Positions 26,301 through 39,690 of a DNA stretch of 64,000 nucleotides are shown here, piece after piece (within the stretch, counting starts at the first letter, position 1; each line of letters begins with the position of its first letter). Source of the DNA: Heptranchias perlo (lineage: Eukaryota); the NCBI RefSeq assembly GCF_035084215.1, contig NC_090353.1, positions 10,106,001 through 10,170,000 on the forward strand, in the 5' to 3' direction. The notes beneath the pieces are model-generated. The model had not been told where the DNA came from. It did no database searches and was given only the letters and a program-made list of their open reading frames with translations. A program made the translations under genes and the position numbers.

Positions 26301-26650
26301 GATGGATGATTAGAAAGGACACTTCCCATTGGCAGAAGGGTCATGAACCAGAGGACACAGATTTAAGGTAATTGGCAAAAGAACCAAAAAGACGACATGA
26401 AAAACTTTTTAAAAAAATATAAATGCAGCGAATGGTTAGGATCTGGAATACACTGCCTGAAAGGGTGGTGGAGGCAGATTCAATTGTGGCTTTCAGAAGG
26501 GAATTGGATAAGTACTTGAAGGAAAAAATTTGCAAGGCTAATGGGAAAGGGTAGGAGAGTGGGACTAGCTGGATTACTCTTGCAGAGAGCCAGCACGGGT
26601 TTGACAGGCCGAATGGCCTCCTTCTGTGCCGTAACCATTCTATGATTCCA
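23315..26650 (+). mobile_element. CR1 LINE ORF2 (APE endonuclease + RT), decayed and interrupted
   Basis: AITETWL..IPGYKVFRK, MGDFNYP, SDH, QHGSVKGKSCLTNLIEFF..YMDFQKAFDKVPH, GVPQGS and LQEDIDRLVKWA. The 3'UTR resumes after the nested insertion. Confidence 0.92.
25496..26251 (+). mobile_element. Nested younger CR1-group LINE 3' end with poly(A)
   Basis: 230-aa ORF 25497-26189. Ends gaattaaaaaaa and splits the host CR1 at cactttagg|..|gggatgtgaaggcc. Confidence 0.9.
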
Positions 26651-26689
26651 GCCCTCCTGAGGTAAAGGCCAAAATTCCACTAGTCTTTG

Positions 26690-27780
26690 AATGGTTTCTG
26701 TACTTGGACCCCTAAATCTCTCTGCTCATCCACAGTTCCTAACTTCTCACATTTAGAAAATACTCTGATCTTACTTTCCCACATTAAACTCCCACTCACC
26801 TAATCAACGGCCTTTTGCAACTTTCTGCTCCCATCTACACTATTTACTGTACCAGCAAACTTAGACATACAGCTCTCTAGCCATTCATAAATAGTGAAAA
26901 GCTGAAGCCCCAGTACAGATTCCTGGGGGACACTACTAGTCACATCCTGCCAATTTCAGTACATATCCATTATCCTTACTCTCAATCTCCTACCTCCTAA
27001 CCAATTTCTTATCCAAGCCAATAGGTTGCTTCCAATTCCAAGAGCTCTCATTTTTATTGAGCATTATGTGGAACCTTGTTCAATATGTTCCAGAAGTCCA
27101 TAAAATAACATCCATGGACATTCCCTTATCTACCACGTTAGTTACCTCTTCAAAAAATTCAACTAGGTTCATTAGACAGGACTTACCCTTTACAAATCCA
27201 TGTGGTGTCTCTCTGATCAGTTCATATTTATCCAAATGCTCATTGTGTCCCTAACAGATTCTAGTAACTTCCCCACAACTGACGTTATGCTAATAGGCCC
27301 ATAATTTCCTAGTTTATCTCGCCAACCCTTCTTAAATAATGGAGTGACATTGGTAGTTTTCCAATCTAAGGGGACAATTCCTAGAGAGAGAGATTTGGAA
27401 GTTCATAATGCATCAACTATTTTCTCACCTACTTCTTTTAATACCCTGGGGTGGAAACCATCGTGTCTTGGAGATTTGCCTACCTTTAATCTCACTGAGA
27501 AAATAATCACCATTTTTTAAAAAAATTTTTTATATTGAATCTAGTTAGTCTTCCTGTTGATTTATTTTTCATTGATCTCTGGTACTTTATCCACATCCTC
27601 CACTGTGAAGACCGGTACCAAGTAGCAATTTAGTAAGTCTGCCATTTCCTGATTTCCAATTACAATTATCACCTGCATGTCATTAAGGGGCCCACATTAC
27701 TCTGAGCCACCCTCTTTCTCAATGTATTTGTAAAAACCTTTAGTGTTGTCCTTGATATCCCTCGCAAGCTTTTTAGGTTT
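26690..27780 (-). mobile_element. CR1 LINE ORF2 fragment
   Basis: Reverse of GFVKGKSCL.NLVEFF (acctcttcaaaaaattcaactagg..cctttacaaatccatg). Confidence 0.8.
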
Positions 27781-27839
27781 GATCCCCAGTCAGTATTAAA
27801 TTGGCTAATCTCAGTTAGGTCCACGACAATTGTACTACA

Positions 27840-28055
27840 GTTGATCTCAGTGGCCAACATTTATCCCTCATCCAACATCATAAAACTGTTTAATTCATCA
27901 TCTCTCATTGCTGTTTGTGGGGCCTTGTGCACAAATTGGCTGCTGCATTTCCCTACATTACAACCACTTCAAAAGTACTTCATAGACTATGAAGTGATTT
28001 GGGACAGAGAGGTTGTGAAAAGGTGCTATATCAATGCAAGTTCTTTCTTTTTTCT
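27840..28055 (+). mobile_element. Deu-domain SINE 3' half
   Basis: ggccaacatttatccctca..gtgcacaaattggctgctgc..gaaaggtgctatatcaatgcaagt. Confidence 0.75.
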
Positions 28056-28059
28056 AGTC

Positions 28060-28620
28060 ACCATGAAAGACAAGGTCCTCAACCAGATCTGTCCCATTTC
28101 CCACAACCATGATAGATTCCTCTTTATCCCCACCTTGCACCATTTCTGCCACCTCCAACCCGAGCCCACCACCAAACACATCCTTCCTAGTCCTCCCCTA
28201 TCAACCTTCCAAAGGTTTCATTCCCTCCGTGACACCCTGGTGCACTCTTCCACCTCCCCTACAACCAGATTCCTTCCCCCAGCACCTTCCCATGCAAGCG
28301 CAGGAGATGCAATATCTGCCCAGTCACCTCCTTCCCTCACCACTGTCCAGTGCGGCAAACACTCCTTCCGGATGAGACAGCGGTTCATGTATACTGTATT
28401 TGCTGCTAAATGTGCAGTCTTCTCTACATTGGGGAGACCAAACGCACATTAGATGAGCACTTTGCTGAACACCTCCATTCTGTCCACGAGTGCAACAGTG
28501 AGCTCCTGGTTACTTGCCACTTCAATTCTCCGTCCCACTCTGATCTCTCTGCCATCAGCCTTCTCCACTGTTCCAATAAAGGAACAGCACCTCATCTTTC
28601 TATTAGACACTGCTGCTCTC
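28060..28620 (+). mobile_element. Penelope GIY-YIG fragment
   Basis: SLRDTLVHS and CSLLYIGETKRTLDEHFAEHL..CHFNS. Confidence 0.85.
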
Positions 28621-29251
28621 TAGCCTTAATTGACTAATCATTTCACACTAACTATAACTCCCACTTTCTCTTCAGCAGGAAGTGCTGGTGAGGTGGAATG
28701 GTGCACTGGTGTTTCTGGGGTGGTGCTTTGGGTAGAGACAGTCCAGCTGAACACCATGCTGGTAGGGAGATCTGCATCCTTGGCATTGACTTGTTATTTT
28801 TCCATTCCTGAGATTCCCAGGTCACTAGAGTGCGCTCTGCTTTGGCAGCTTTTTGTACTGCCATTTCTACCAATCTTATCCCCCAGCACCTCAGCTATTT
28901 AAATGTTGTGTGTCTCATGAATATCTTTAATTTCTCTCATTATGCCTCCTGTTGTCTTGTTCCAATATCACTTCTGCCATTTAATCATCTCAGTTTTCCA
29001 CTTTGGTAGCACTTTATGTGCATGTGCCCCTCTCCTTTATTCTACTCTTTTTAAAATGCTATTCATCTGCAATATCCTCCCTGTTTCTTCAATGTTTTAA
29101 TACTTTTCTTCATTGTTTGAATTAGACGATCTGTTACAACCACTCCACTCACCGTTCCAGAGTTTCTTGGTGCATACAATATATTTTCCCGATTGTATTA
29201 ACATGCCTCTTATTTTTCAGTTTTGAAAATGGGCCCACACCCGGAAAAGTA

Positions 29252-31580
29252 TCATAGAAAGGTTACAGCACGGAAGGAGGCCATTCAGCCCATCGAGTCC
29301 ACGCCGGCTCTATGCAAGAGCAATCCAGCTAGTCCCACTCCCCCACCCTTTCCCCGTAGCCCTGCAAATGTTTTCCTTTCAAGTACTTATGCAGTTCCCT
29401 TTTCACGGCCATGATTGAATTTGCCTCCACCACCCCTTCGGGCAGTGCAGTCCAGATCCTAACCACTCGCTGTGTAAAGAAGATTTTCCCCTCATGTCAC
29501 CTTTGGTTCTTTTGCCAATCACCTTAAACCTAGGTCCTCTGGTCCTTGACCCTTCCACCAATGGGAACAGTTTCTATCTACTCTGTCTAGACCCTTCATG
29601 ACTTTGAATATCTCTATCAAATCTCCTCGCAACTATCTGTTCCAAGGAGAATAACCTCAGCTTCTCCAGTCTATCCACGTAACTAAAGTCCCTCATCCCT
29701 GCAATTATTCTAGTAAATCGCTTCTGTACCCTCACTAGGCCTTCACATCTTTCCTAAAGTAGTGCCCAGAACTGGACACAATACTCCAGTTGTGGCCGAA
29801 TCAGTGTTTTATAACAATTCATCATGACTTCCATACTTTTGTACTCTATGCCTATTTATAAAGCCCAGGATCCCATATGCTTTTTAAAAACCACTTTCTC
29901 AGCCTGCCCTGCCACCTTCAACGATTTGTACACATTTCCCCAGATCTGTTCCTGTACCCCTTTTAGAGTTGTGCTCTCTAGTTTATATTGCCTCTCCTCG
30001 TTCTTCCTACCAAAATGCATCACTTCGCATTTCTCTGCATTAAATTTCATCTGCCATGTGTCCACCCATGTCATTAGCCTGTCTATATCCTCTTGAAGTC
30101 TATCGCTATCCTCCTCACTGTTTACTACCCTTCCAAGTTTTGTGTCATCTGCAAATTTTGAAATTGTGCCCTGTACAACAAGTCCAAGATATAGAGATAT
30201 ATACATTTATTCCCTCCAGTCCGTTCACCACTACTTTGTTTCCCGTCCTTTAGCCAATTCTGTATCCATGTTGCTACTGCCCCCTTTATTCCGCAGGCTG
30301 CAATCTTGATAAGCCTACTGTGCGGCACTTTATCAAACACCTTTTGTAAGTCCATAAACACCACATCAACTGCATTGCCCTCATCTACCCTCTTACCTCA
30401 TCAAAAAGCACAATTTGCCTTTAACAAATCAGTGCTGGCTTTCCCTAATCAATCCACACTCGTCCATGTGACTTAATTATGTCCCAGATTATTGTTTCTA
30501 AATGTTTCCCCACCATTGAGGTTAAACTGACCGGCCTATAGTTGCTGGGTTTATCCTTACATCCTTTTATGAACAAGGGTGTAACATTTGCAATTCTCCA
30601 GTCCTCTGTCACCACCCGTGTCTACAGATGTCTGGAAGATTATGGCCAGTACCTCCACAATTTCCACCTTCACTTCCCTCAGCAACCTAGGATGCATCCT
30701 ATCTGGACCGGGTGACTTATCTACTTTAACTACAGCTAGCCTTTCTAGTACCTCCTTTTTAATCAATTTTTAGCCCATCCAGTATCAACTATATCTTCCT
30801 TTACTGAGACTCTGGCAGCATCATCTTCGGTAAAGACAGATGCAAAGTACTCATTTAGTACCTCGGCCATCCCCTCTGCCTGAGTAGATCTCCTTTATGG
30901 TCCCCAATCAGCCCCACCCCTCCTCTTGCTACCTGTTTACATGCCTATAGAAGACTTTTGGATTCCCTTTTATGTTGGCCGCCAGTCTATTCTCATACTC
31001 TCTCTTTGCCCCTCTCATTTCCTTTTTCACTTCCCCTCAAACTTTTTATATTCTGCCTGGTTCTCACTTGTGTTATCAACCCGATATCTGTCAAATGCCC
31101 CTTTCCCCCCCCCACCATTTCATCTTACTCACTATCTCTTTTGTCATCCAGGGAGCTCTGGCTTTAGTTGCCCTACCTTTCTGCCTCATGGGAATGTGCC
31201 TAGACTGTACCCGAACCATCTCCTCTTTAAAGGCCACCCATTGTTCAATTACAGTTTTGCCTGCCAATCTTTGATTGCAATTTACCTGGGCCAGATCTGT
31301 TCTCATCCCATTGAAATTGGCCCTCCTCCAATTGAGTATTTTTACTTAGAGTGGTCTGTGTCCTTTTCCATAGCTATTCTAAACATTATGATACTATGAT
31401 TGCTGCTCCAGCAATGCTCTCCCTCTGACACTTGCTCCACTTGGCCCACCTCATTCCCTAGAATCAAGCAATGCCTCCTTCCTCATTGGGCCAGAAACAT
31501 ACTGGTTAAAAAACCATTATCCTGAACACATTTCAAATATTCCTCCGCCCTCTGTGCCCCTTATATTATTGTTATCCCAG
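29252..31580 (-). mobile_element. CR1 LINE ORF2 + 3'UTR
   Basis: Minus ORFs ISKFADDTKLG..LQEDIDRL..FNAEKCEVMHFG, MDLQKVFDKVPH and DKSPGPDRMHPRLL. Confidence 0.92.
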
Positions 31581-32469
31581 TAACATGTTCTCTCCAGGTA
31601 CTGCCTGACCTGCTGACTGTTTCGGGTATTTTCTGTCTTTGTTTCCATGTGTACAAGCGGGTTTGTGAACTGCATTCGGAAAGCTGGTTCTTAGTGGTTC
31701 CTAACTTTGATTACTCTGCTCTCAGTGGAGTACATCCCTAGGAATCGTACACTGTACTTACACAGGTATTTGTTTGATTCGGATTCTGGGAGGCTGGCAT
31801 TCCAAACCTAGCTCCCATGCTTAAATTTTTCTCATCCCAGCGGCAGAATCTTAGGTCCACAACAACCTGAGTCTCCGAGTCTACTGACAGGATAAGAGAG
31901 CTGGACTTATCAGTGTAAACATGAAGAGTAAACACACAGTGCTCCCAGAATCCAAACTGAAAAAAAACCACCCAGAGTAAAATGCAGCTTTATTCTTAAG
32001 AACCAAATGCCTGATAATGAGCCATTTTTTTTTTTAAAAATAGCAACTGCAGCCAGCCTGGAACAGCAAGGATGCCCCAGTCAGGCCCAGTTACCAAGGA
32101 GATCATCCTGACATCAGTTGGCATCACATTCACCATTATTAACTGGGCACTTGGCACATTGCTCTTTTTTAGTAAAAAATCTTTTGAATCTTACCCTGCT
32201 AACTGGCTACATGAGCATGTTTAAATGAATATTTGGCTCCCGCTGCTCAGTTCATGGAGGTGGCACATAACAGAGTGACAGACCAAAAGGACAGAGGATT
32301 CCGAATTCTGTTCAGCTAACAGATTGCAAATGGGGGAGGGAGCAGTTGGGGTGCACCAGCATTGATGGCAGACCTTCAATTTTCTCAGTCCACCTGTCTG
32401 TACCTCCATCCCTAAAACCCTCCACTTCTTTCCACATTCAAAAGCATCCTTGTTTGAGGGGGAGATCAA

Positions 32470-34575
32470 GGACAACACTAAAAATTTTTACAAATAAATT
32501 AAGGCAAGAGGGTAGCTAAGAATAATGCGGGCCACCTTAAATGACACAGGTAATATTGCAATTCGAAATCAGGGAAAGGCAGACTTACTAAATTGTTACT
32601 GTGTACGTCTTCACAGTAGAGGATGTGGATAAAGCATCAGAGATAAAAAGGAAAACAAAAATAAATCAAGGGGAAGAACTAGCTAGATTAAAAGACAAGT
32701 TAAAAAAAAGGTGATGGAGAAACTAATGAGATTAAAGATAGACGAATCTCCAGGGCCCAATGATTTACACCCCAGGGTATTAAAAGAAGTAGACAAGGAA
32801 ATTGTTGATGTGTTACTCATGAACTTCCAAATTTCTCTCTAGTCAGGAATTGTCCCCTTAGATTGGAAATCTGCCAATGTCACCCCATTATTTAAGTGGG
32901 TTAGGAGAGATAAACTAGTCAGTTGTGGGTAAGTTATCAGAATCTGTTATTAGGGACAGAGTCAGAGCATTTGGACAAATACAAGTTGATCAGAGATAGA
33001 CAGCATGCATTTGTAAAGGGCAAGTCATGTCTAACGAAGCTAGTTGAATTTTTTGAGGAGGCAACTAACGTAGTGGATAAGGGAGTGTCTATGGATATTA
33101 ATTATATGGACTTACATGGAACATTTTTGAATGCCTTCTGGAACAGACTATTAACAAAAGTGAGAATGCATGGAATTGGAGGGAAGCTATTGGCTTGGAG
33201 GTGGGAGATAGAGCAGGATAATGGGTATGCACTCAAAGTGGCAGGATGTGACTAGTGGTGTCCCCCAGGTGTACTGGGGCCTCAGCTTTTCACTATTTAT
33301 AAATGACCTGATGAATGACTAGACAGTCATATATTTAAGTTTGCTGGTACAGTAAATAGTGTAGATAGGAGCAGAGAATTTCAAAAAGGGACGTTGATAG
33401 ATTAGGTGAGGGGGCAAAACTGTGGCAGGTGGAGTTTAGAGTGGGGAAAGTGTGAGGTCATCGACTTTGCGCCCCAAGAAAGATAGATCAGAGTATTTTC
33501 TAAATGGTGAGAAGCTAGGAACTGTTCAGGAGCAGAGAGATTTAGGGGTCCATGTAGAGAAAAGTATTTTTGACACTAAAGGAATCAAGGGATATGGGGA
33601 GAGAGAGAGAGAGAGAGAGAGAGGGAAAGTGGAGTTGAGGTGGAAGATCAGCCATGATCTTATTGCATGGCTGAGCAGGCTTGAGGGGCTGTATGGCCTA
33701 CCCCTATTTCTTATGTTCTTAAATCACAAAACTAGCAGACAGGTACAAAAAATAATTTAAAAGGCTAATGGAATGTTGGCCTTTACTTCAAGAGAGCTGG
33801 AAGTTATGTTACTGCTGTACAGAGCTCTGGTTATATCCCATCTGGAGTACTGCATTCAGTTCTGGGCACGCATCCTCAGGAAGGATATATTGGCCTTGGA
33901 GGGGGTGCAGTGCAAATTCAACAGAATGATACAGGGGTTAAAACAGTTAAATTATGAGGACAGGTTGCAGAGATTAGGCTTGTATTCCCTCGAGTATAGC
34001 AGATTAAGGGGTTATCTAATTTAAACACAGGAAGTTATAACGATCTGGAATGCACTGCCTGAAAGGGTGGAAGCAGATTCAATAGTAACTTTCAAAAGGG
34101 AATTAAATAAATACTTACAGAAAAAATTTACAGGGCTATGGGACCAATTTGATAGCTTTCAAAGAGCCGGCACAGGCACAATGGGCCGAATGGCCTCCTC
34201 CTATGCTGTACCTACAATGAAGATGATTAAAGGAATTGAGAGTAGATAGAAACTATTTCCTCTGGTGGGAGAGTCCAAAATGAGGGGATATAATCTTAAA
34301 AAAAAAATCAGACCTAGGCAGTTCAGGGGTGATGTCACACAAAGGACATTGGAAATATGGAACACTCTTCCCAAAAAGCTGTTGAGGCTGGTTGGTGGGG
34401 GGGGGGAAATCAATTTAAAACTTCAAAACAGAGATAGATTTTTGCTCGGCAAGGGTATTAATGGTTATGGAACCAAGGCAGATAGATGGAGTTAAGATAC
34501 AGATCAGCAATGATCTAATTGAATGACGGAACATGCTCGAGGAGCTGAATGGCCTACTCCTGTTCCAATGTTCCT
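32470..34575 (+). mobile_element. CR1 LINE ORF2 with additional CR1 3' tails inserted
   Basis: QHAFVKGKSCLTKLVEFF and LYRALVISHLEYCIQFW. Extra 3'UTR modules occur at ~33560-33720 and ~34025-34210. Confidence 0.85.
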
Positions 34576-35329
34576 ATTCTGAAAAACCATCTTTTCAACC
34601 AAGATATTGGTCACTACCGAAAACACTCCCATTAAGGCTTGCAATTCATTCCTTTGTAAAATGCCTTGGATATTATATTCTACATTAAAGGTTGCTATGT
34701 AAATGCAAGTTGTTGCTGTTGTGGCTTTAGCTTGTACTCAAGGTAAGAGTGACATCCGAGCACCACTCTCCTGCATTTATATTTGCAATGGGGAGTCAGT
34801 TGTCAGCCAAATGTGCTGGCTTTTATAGGGAGCCCCACAACAGTAAATGCATGGGACAAGCTCCCTGCGTTCAGACAACTAAATCCAGCTCCTTTAGCCA
34901 GACAACAAAATCACAGACCCACCCTTTTGAGAGTCTACTATTGTGCAGGATCACAGGAAGGCCATTCCTTTGTAGAATCAATGCTAAACATGTCTGACTA
35001 ATGCAGAGCAGCAATGAGCAAAGCCGGTGGAATGTTGTACAAAGTAGACAAAACAATACAGTGCAAGTCGGAGGAAGTAGTGACTGGTCACTCGGCACCT
35101 TGAGTGCTCTGTTCATTTGTGGTCGCTGAGCCACAAGGGTGACATTCATCTGTTTGGACACATTGCAGAGAAGAGTCAAGAGGCTGAGCTAAAGACTGGA
35201 GAAACTTGGGCTTTTCAGCCTTGAAAGGAGGTGTTCAAGAAGTGATCTTACAGAAGTATGCAAGATAGTTGAAAATATGAGTATTACAAAAAAGGTAGTA
35301 ATCTCTCTGGATTGCTCCCAGTGCCACAC

Positions 35330-37012
35330 ACTAGTGAGTATAGGAATAGTAGGATAAGACAGGTTAACATGTGGCTGGAGAAATGGTGCAGGAGGGAGGG
35401 CTTCAGATTTCTGGGGCATTGGGACCAGTTCTAGGGCAGGAGGGATCTGTTCAAGATGGACAGGTTGCACCTCAACAGAGTTGGGACCAATGTCCTCACA
35501 GGGAGGTTAACTAGTGCTGTGGGGGAGGGTTTAAACTAATTTGGCATGCTGATGGGCACCAGGATGAAACATTAGAGGAGAAACAAGGTTCACAGACGAC
35601 TGGGAGAGGTAAATAGCACTAGGAGTAAAGAATAGTTCAGAAATAGGAGGGATCAGATAAGGGCAAATGCAAGGAGGTCTAAGATGGGTTTGGAATGCAT
35701 GTAGCGTGGTAAATAAGCTTGGTGAGCTGCAGGCTCATGTCGTCACATGATATAGTGGCAACAACAGAGACCTCGCTCAAAGAAGGGCAGGATTAGGAAC
35801 GTAATATTCTTGGCTACAAAGTATTCAGGAAAGACAGGGAAGGGGGAAAAAAGTGGGGGGGCTGGGAGTTGGCAGTATTTATCAAAGAAACTATTATAGC
35901 ACTGGAAAGGGATGATGTAGTTGAGGGGTCAAAGACAGAATCCATTTGGTTAAAATTAAGGAACAATAGAGGTGGTATTATGCTACTGGGTGTATACTAT
36001 AGGCCAAAGTGGGAAGGAGATAGAGGAGCAAATTTGCAGGCAAATTACAGAATGATGCAAGAATTATAGGGTAGTGATAATGGGGGACTTCAACTGTCCT
36101 AATATAGACTGGGATAGTAACAGAGTGAAGGATAAAGAGGGGGAGAATTCCCAAAATGTGTACAAGAACTTCCTTGATCAGTGTGTTTCCAGCCCAACAA
36201 AGAAGAAAGCAGTGCTGGATCTAGTTCTGGGGAATGAAGTGGGGCAAGTGGACCATGTTTCAGTGGGGAAGTGATCATAATATCATTAGGTTTAAAGAAG
36301 TTATGGAAAAGGACAAGGAACAATCAAGTGTAAAAATACTTAATGGAAAGAGGGCTAATTTCAGTGAGTTGAAAAGGGATCTGGCACAGGTGGATTGGAA
36401 TGAAGAGTTAGTAAGCAAATCAGTAATTGAACAATGGGAGGCCTTTAAAGTGGAGATGGTTCAGGTACAAAGTATAAACATTCCTACGAGGGGAAAAGGC
36501 TGGGAATCCAAAGCTCGAGCCCCCGGATGACTGAAGATAGAGATTAAAATGAAACAAAAAAAAGAGGCTTATGACAAATGTATGGTTCATAATACAGTAG
36601 AGAACCAAGCTGAATACATCAAGTAAAGGAGATCCAAAAAAACAGGAATAAGAGGGGTGAAGAGTATGAGAATAGATTCATGGCCAACATAAAAGGGAAC
36701 CCAAAAATCTTTTATAACTATATAAATAGTAAAAGGGTAGTCAGAGGCAGGATGTCAAAAGAACCAAAAGGCGACATTAGAAGAAAAAATGTTTACGCAG
36801 CAAGTTGTGGTGATCTGGGGGTGCACTGCCTGAAAGGGTGGTAGAAGCAGATTCAATAGTAACTTCCAAAAAGGAGTTAGATAAATACTTAAAGGGAAAA
36901 AATTTGCAGGGCTATAGGGAAAGAGCAGGGGAGTGGGACTAACTGGACAGCTGTAACAAACAGCCAACACGATGAGATTGAATGACCGCCTTCTGTACTG
37001 CATCATTCTATT
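35330..37012 (+). mobile_element. CR1 LINE (end of ORF1, APE region, 3' tail)
   Basis: gatggacaggttgcacctcaac (ORF1 esterase-like DGLHL), then ESIWLKLR..LLGVYYRP, MGDFNCP and LDLVLGNE. Confidence 0.85.
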
Positions 37013-37289
37013 GACAAAGTAATATTCCAGCTTTATCTTTAAGTTAAAATTGTAAGAGTAGGACAAGGGGAAATAGATTCAAGCTAATGAAAGGTAAATT
37101 TAGGACTTGAGGAAAGTTCTCCACAAAGTGGTCAATGTTTGTAATGGACTTCCACAAAGAGTGGTGGAGGTGAACATCCTGTAATCTTTTAGGAAACACT
37201 GGATGCTGAAATGGGTGGGTTGGGGGTAACTCTAGGAGCTCCCTGTAAACTGAAAATGGGCTGAATGATCTTCCTCATCTGTAATTATC

Positions 37290-38260
37290 TTGTGGTCTTG
37301 TGAGCCTGGTTAAGCAAAGAGGGGTGACCGTTAGGGCTGAAAAGTGTAATATTTACATGGTGCAGGTTTTATACATAGGTCACTGTCAGGTGATGGCAGA
37401 TATCACCACACACTGGGCATTCCGAGGGTTTGCCAGTTATTACTGCCGATTCATTCCTAATGATAGTAACATCGCTGTGCCATTAATTGACATAACCCAG
37501 AAGGTGAAGCCCAATTAAGTGATTTGGTCTGTTGGGGCAGAAAATCCTTTTGCAAAGCCAAATAGCTCCATGCATGGCCTCACACTAACGTGCCTTGGCT
37601 TGGTGGTAGCACTCTGACCTAAGTCAGAAGGTTGTGGATTCAAGTCCCACTCGAGACTTGAACATATAATCTATGCTTCAGTGCAGTAGAGGCAGTGCTG
37701 CACTGTCAGAGATGCTGACTTTCAGAAGAGACAGCCTGTCAAGTGGATGTAAAAGATCCCATTACATTATCAGAAGAGGAGGGAAGCTCTCCAGTGTCCT
37801 GACCAATATTTATCCCTCAACCAACATTGTTAAAAACAGATCATCTGGTCATTATCTCATTGCTGTGTGAGACCTTGCTGTGGACAAGTTGGCACATTAT
37901 AACAGTGACTACACTTCAAAAGTACTTCATTGGTTGTAAAGCACTTTGGGACATTGAGGTTGTGAAAGCCACTATATAAATGCAAGTTTTTTTTTTCCAG
38001 AACTTTCAGTCCACACTAATGCAGCGGACAGAGGTGCGGGTATTCTAGTCAGCCAAGTAAATTACCTTGGAGAGGGAGGCCCAATTGTTTCCCTCAGCTG
38101 TAAGCTACTGCCATGAGGGACTGCTTATTCTACAATGTTAGAATGCTTAAAACGTTGCTTGGGTACTGCAGAAGCTATAGCCATATTTACACAGATCTGC
38201 ATTTATTGTATATTCTGTCCACAATCCATGGTGTAGTTACAGTCAGCTTGGGACAAAAAT
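37290..38260 (+). mobile_element. Gypsy/Ty3 LTR-retrotransposon pol relic (RT end + RNase H), split by a SINE
   Basis: GFASYYCRFIPNDSNIAVPLIDITQK before the SINE. After it, VHTNAADRGAG and RPIVSLSCKLLP..AYST match the Gypsy RNase H pattern TDAS..G.G.VL.Q / P+AY.SRKL. Confidence 0.7.
37590..37996 (+). mobile_element. Full-length Deu-domain SINE
   Basis: Head, Deu core and tail (ctatataaatgcaagttttt) are all present. Confidence 0.85.
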
Positions 38261-38532
38261 GACCATCATCCTGAAAGGATCAATTTGGCAACACATGGTC
38301 ATGGTTCCTAAAACCCCCACGTCATGAATAAATGCAAATTCAATCTTTACTAGCACAACATCAACAACACTGATGAATATATAGGAAGATTTGGGGGGGG
38401 GGGGGGGGGGGGGAGGAAGGAAGGAGAAAGAGGGACAAAAAAAGCTTGTGTCTTGTTTTGGCTTTGTAGAGGTTCCGTTAGAATCTCACCCCAAGCTTAA
38501 CCGGATACAAAATATTGCAAGTTTTACCAGTT

Positions 38533-39690
38533 AGAATCATAGAAAGGTTACAGCACGGAACGAGGTCATTCAGCCCATCAAGTCCATGCCAGCTCTATGC
38601 CAGAGCAATCCAGCTAGTCCCATTCTCCTGCCCTGCAATTTTTTTCCTTTCAAGTACTTATCCAATTCCCTTTTCAAGGCCATGATTGAATCTGCCTCTA
38701 CCACCCCCTCAGGCAGTGCAGTCCAGATCCTAACCACTTGCTGTGTAAAAAAAGCTTTGCCCCTCATGTCACCTTTGGTTCTTTTGCCAATCACCTTAAA
38801 TCTATGTCCTCTGGTTCTTGACCCTTCCACCAATGGGAACAGTTTCTATCTACTCTGTCTGAACCCTTCATGACTTTGAATATCTCCTTTCAACCATCTC
38901 TGTTCCAAGGAGAACAACCCCAGCTTCTCCAGTCTATCCACGTAACTAAAGCACTCATCCCTGGAATCATTCTAGTAAACCTCTTCTGCACCCTCTCTAA
39001 GCCTCTATCATCTTTCCTAAAGTGTGGTGCCCAGAACTGGACATAATACTCCAGTTGTGGCTGAACCAGTGTTCTATAAAGGTTCATCATGACTTCTTAC
39101 CTCTATTTTTAAAGCACAGGATCACATATGCTTTTTTTTTTTAAAAACCACCTTCTCAACCTGCCCTGCCACCTTCAACATTTAATGCACATATGCTCCC
39201 AGATCTCTGTTCCTGTTCCCCTTTTACAGTTGTGCTCTCTAGTTTATATTGCCTTTCCTCATTCTTCCTACCAAAATGTATCACTGCATTTTTCTGCATT
39301 AAATTTCATCTACCACGTGTCCACCTATGCCACCAGCCTGTCTATATCCTCTTGAAGTCATTTACTATCCTTCCAAGCTTTGTATCATCTGCAAATTTTG
39401 AAATTGTGCCCTGTACACCCAAGTCATTGATAAATCAAGAAAAGCAGTGGTCCCAGCACTGACCCCTGGGATACACCTCCCTCCAGAACCAACCATTCAC
39501 CACTACTCTGTTTCCTGTCCCTTAGCCAATTCTATATCCATGTTGCTACTGCCCCCTTTATTCCATAGGCCACAATCTTAATGCTAAGACTACAGTGCTG
39601 CACTTTATCAAACGCCTTTTGAAAGTCTATATTCACCACATCAACTGCATTGCTTCCATCTACCCTCTGTTACCTCATCAAAATACTCTC
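38533..39690 (-). mobile_element. CR1 LINE 3' part
   Basis: LYRTLVQPQLEYYVQFWAPHFRKD..VQKRFTRMIPG and SRTRGHRFKV. Confidence 0.9.
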
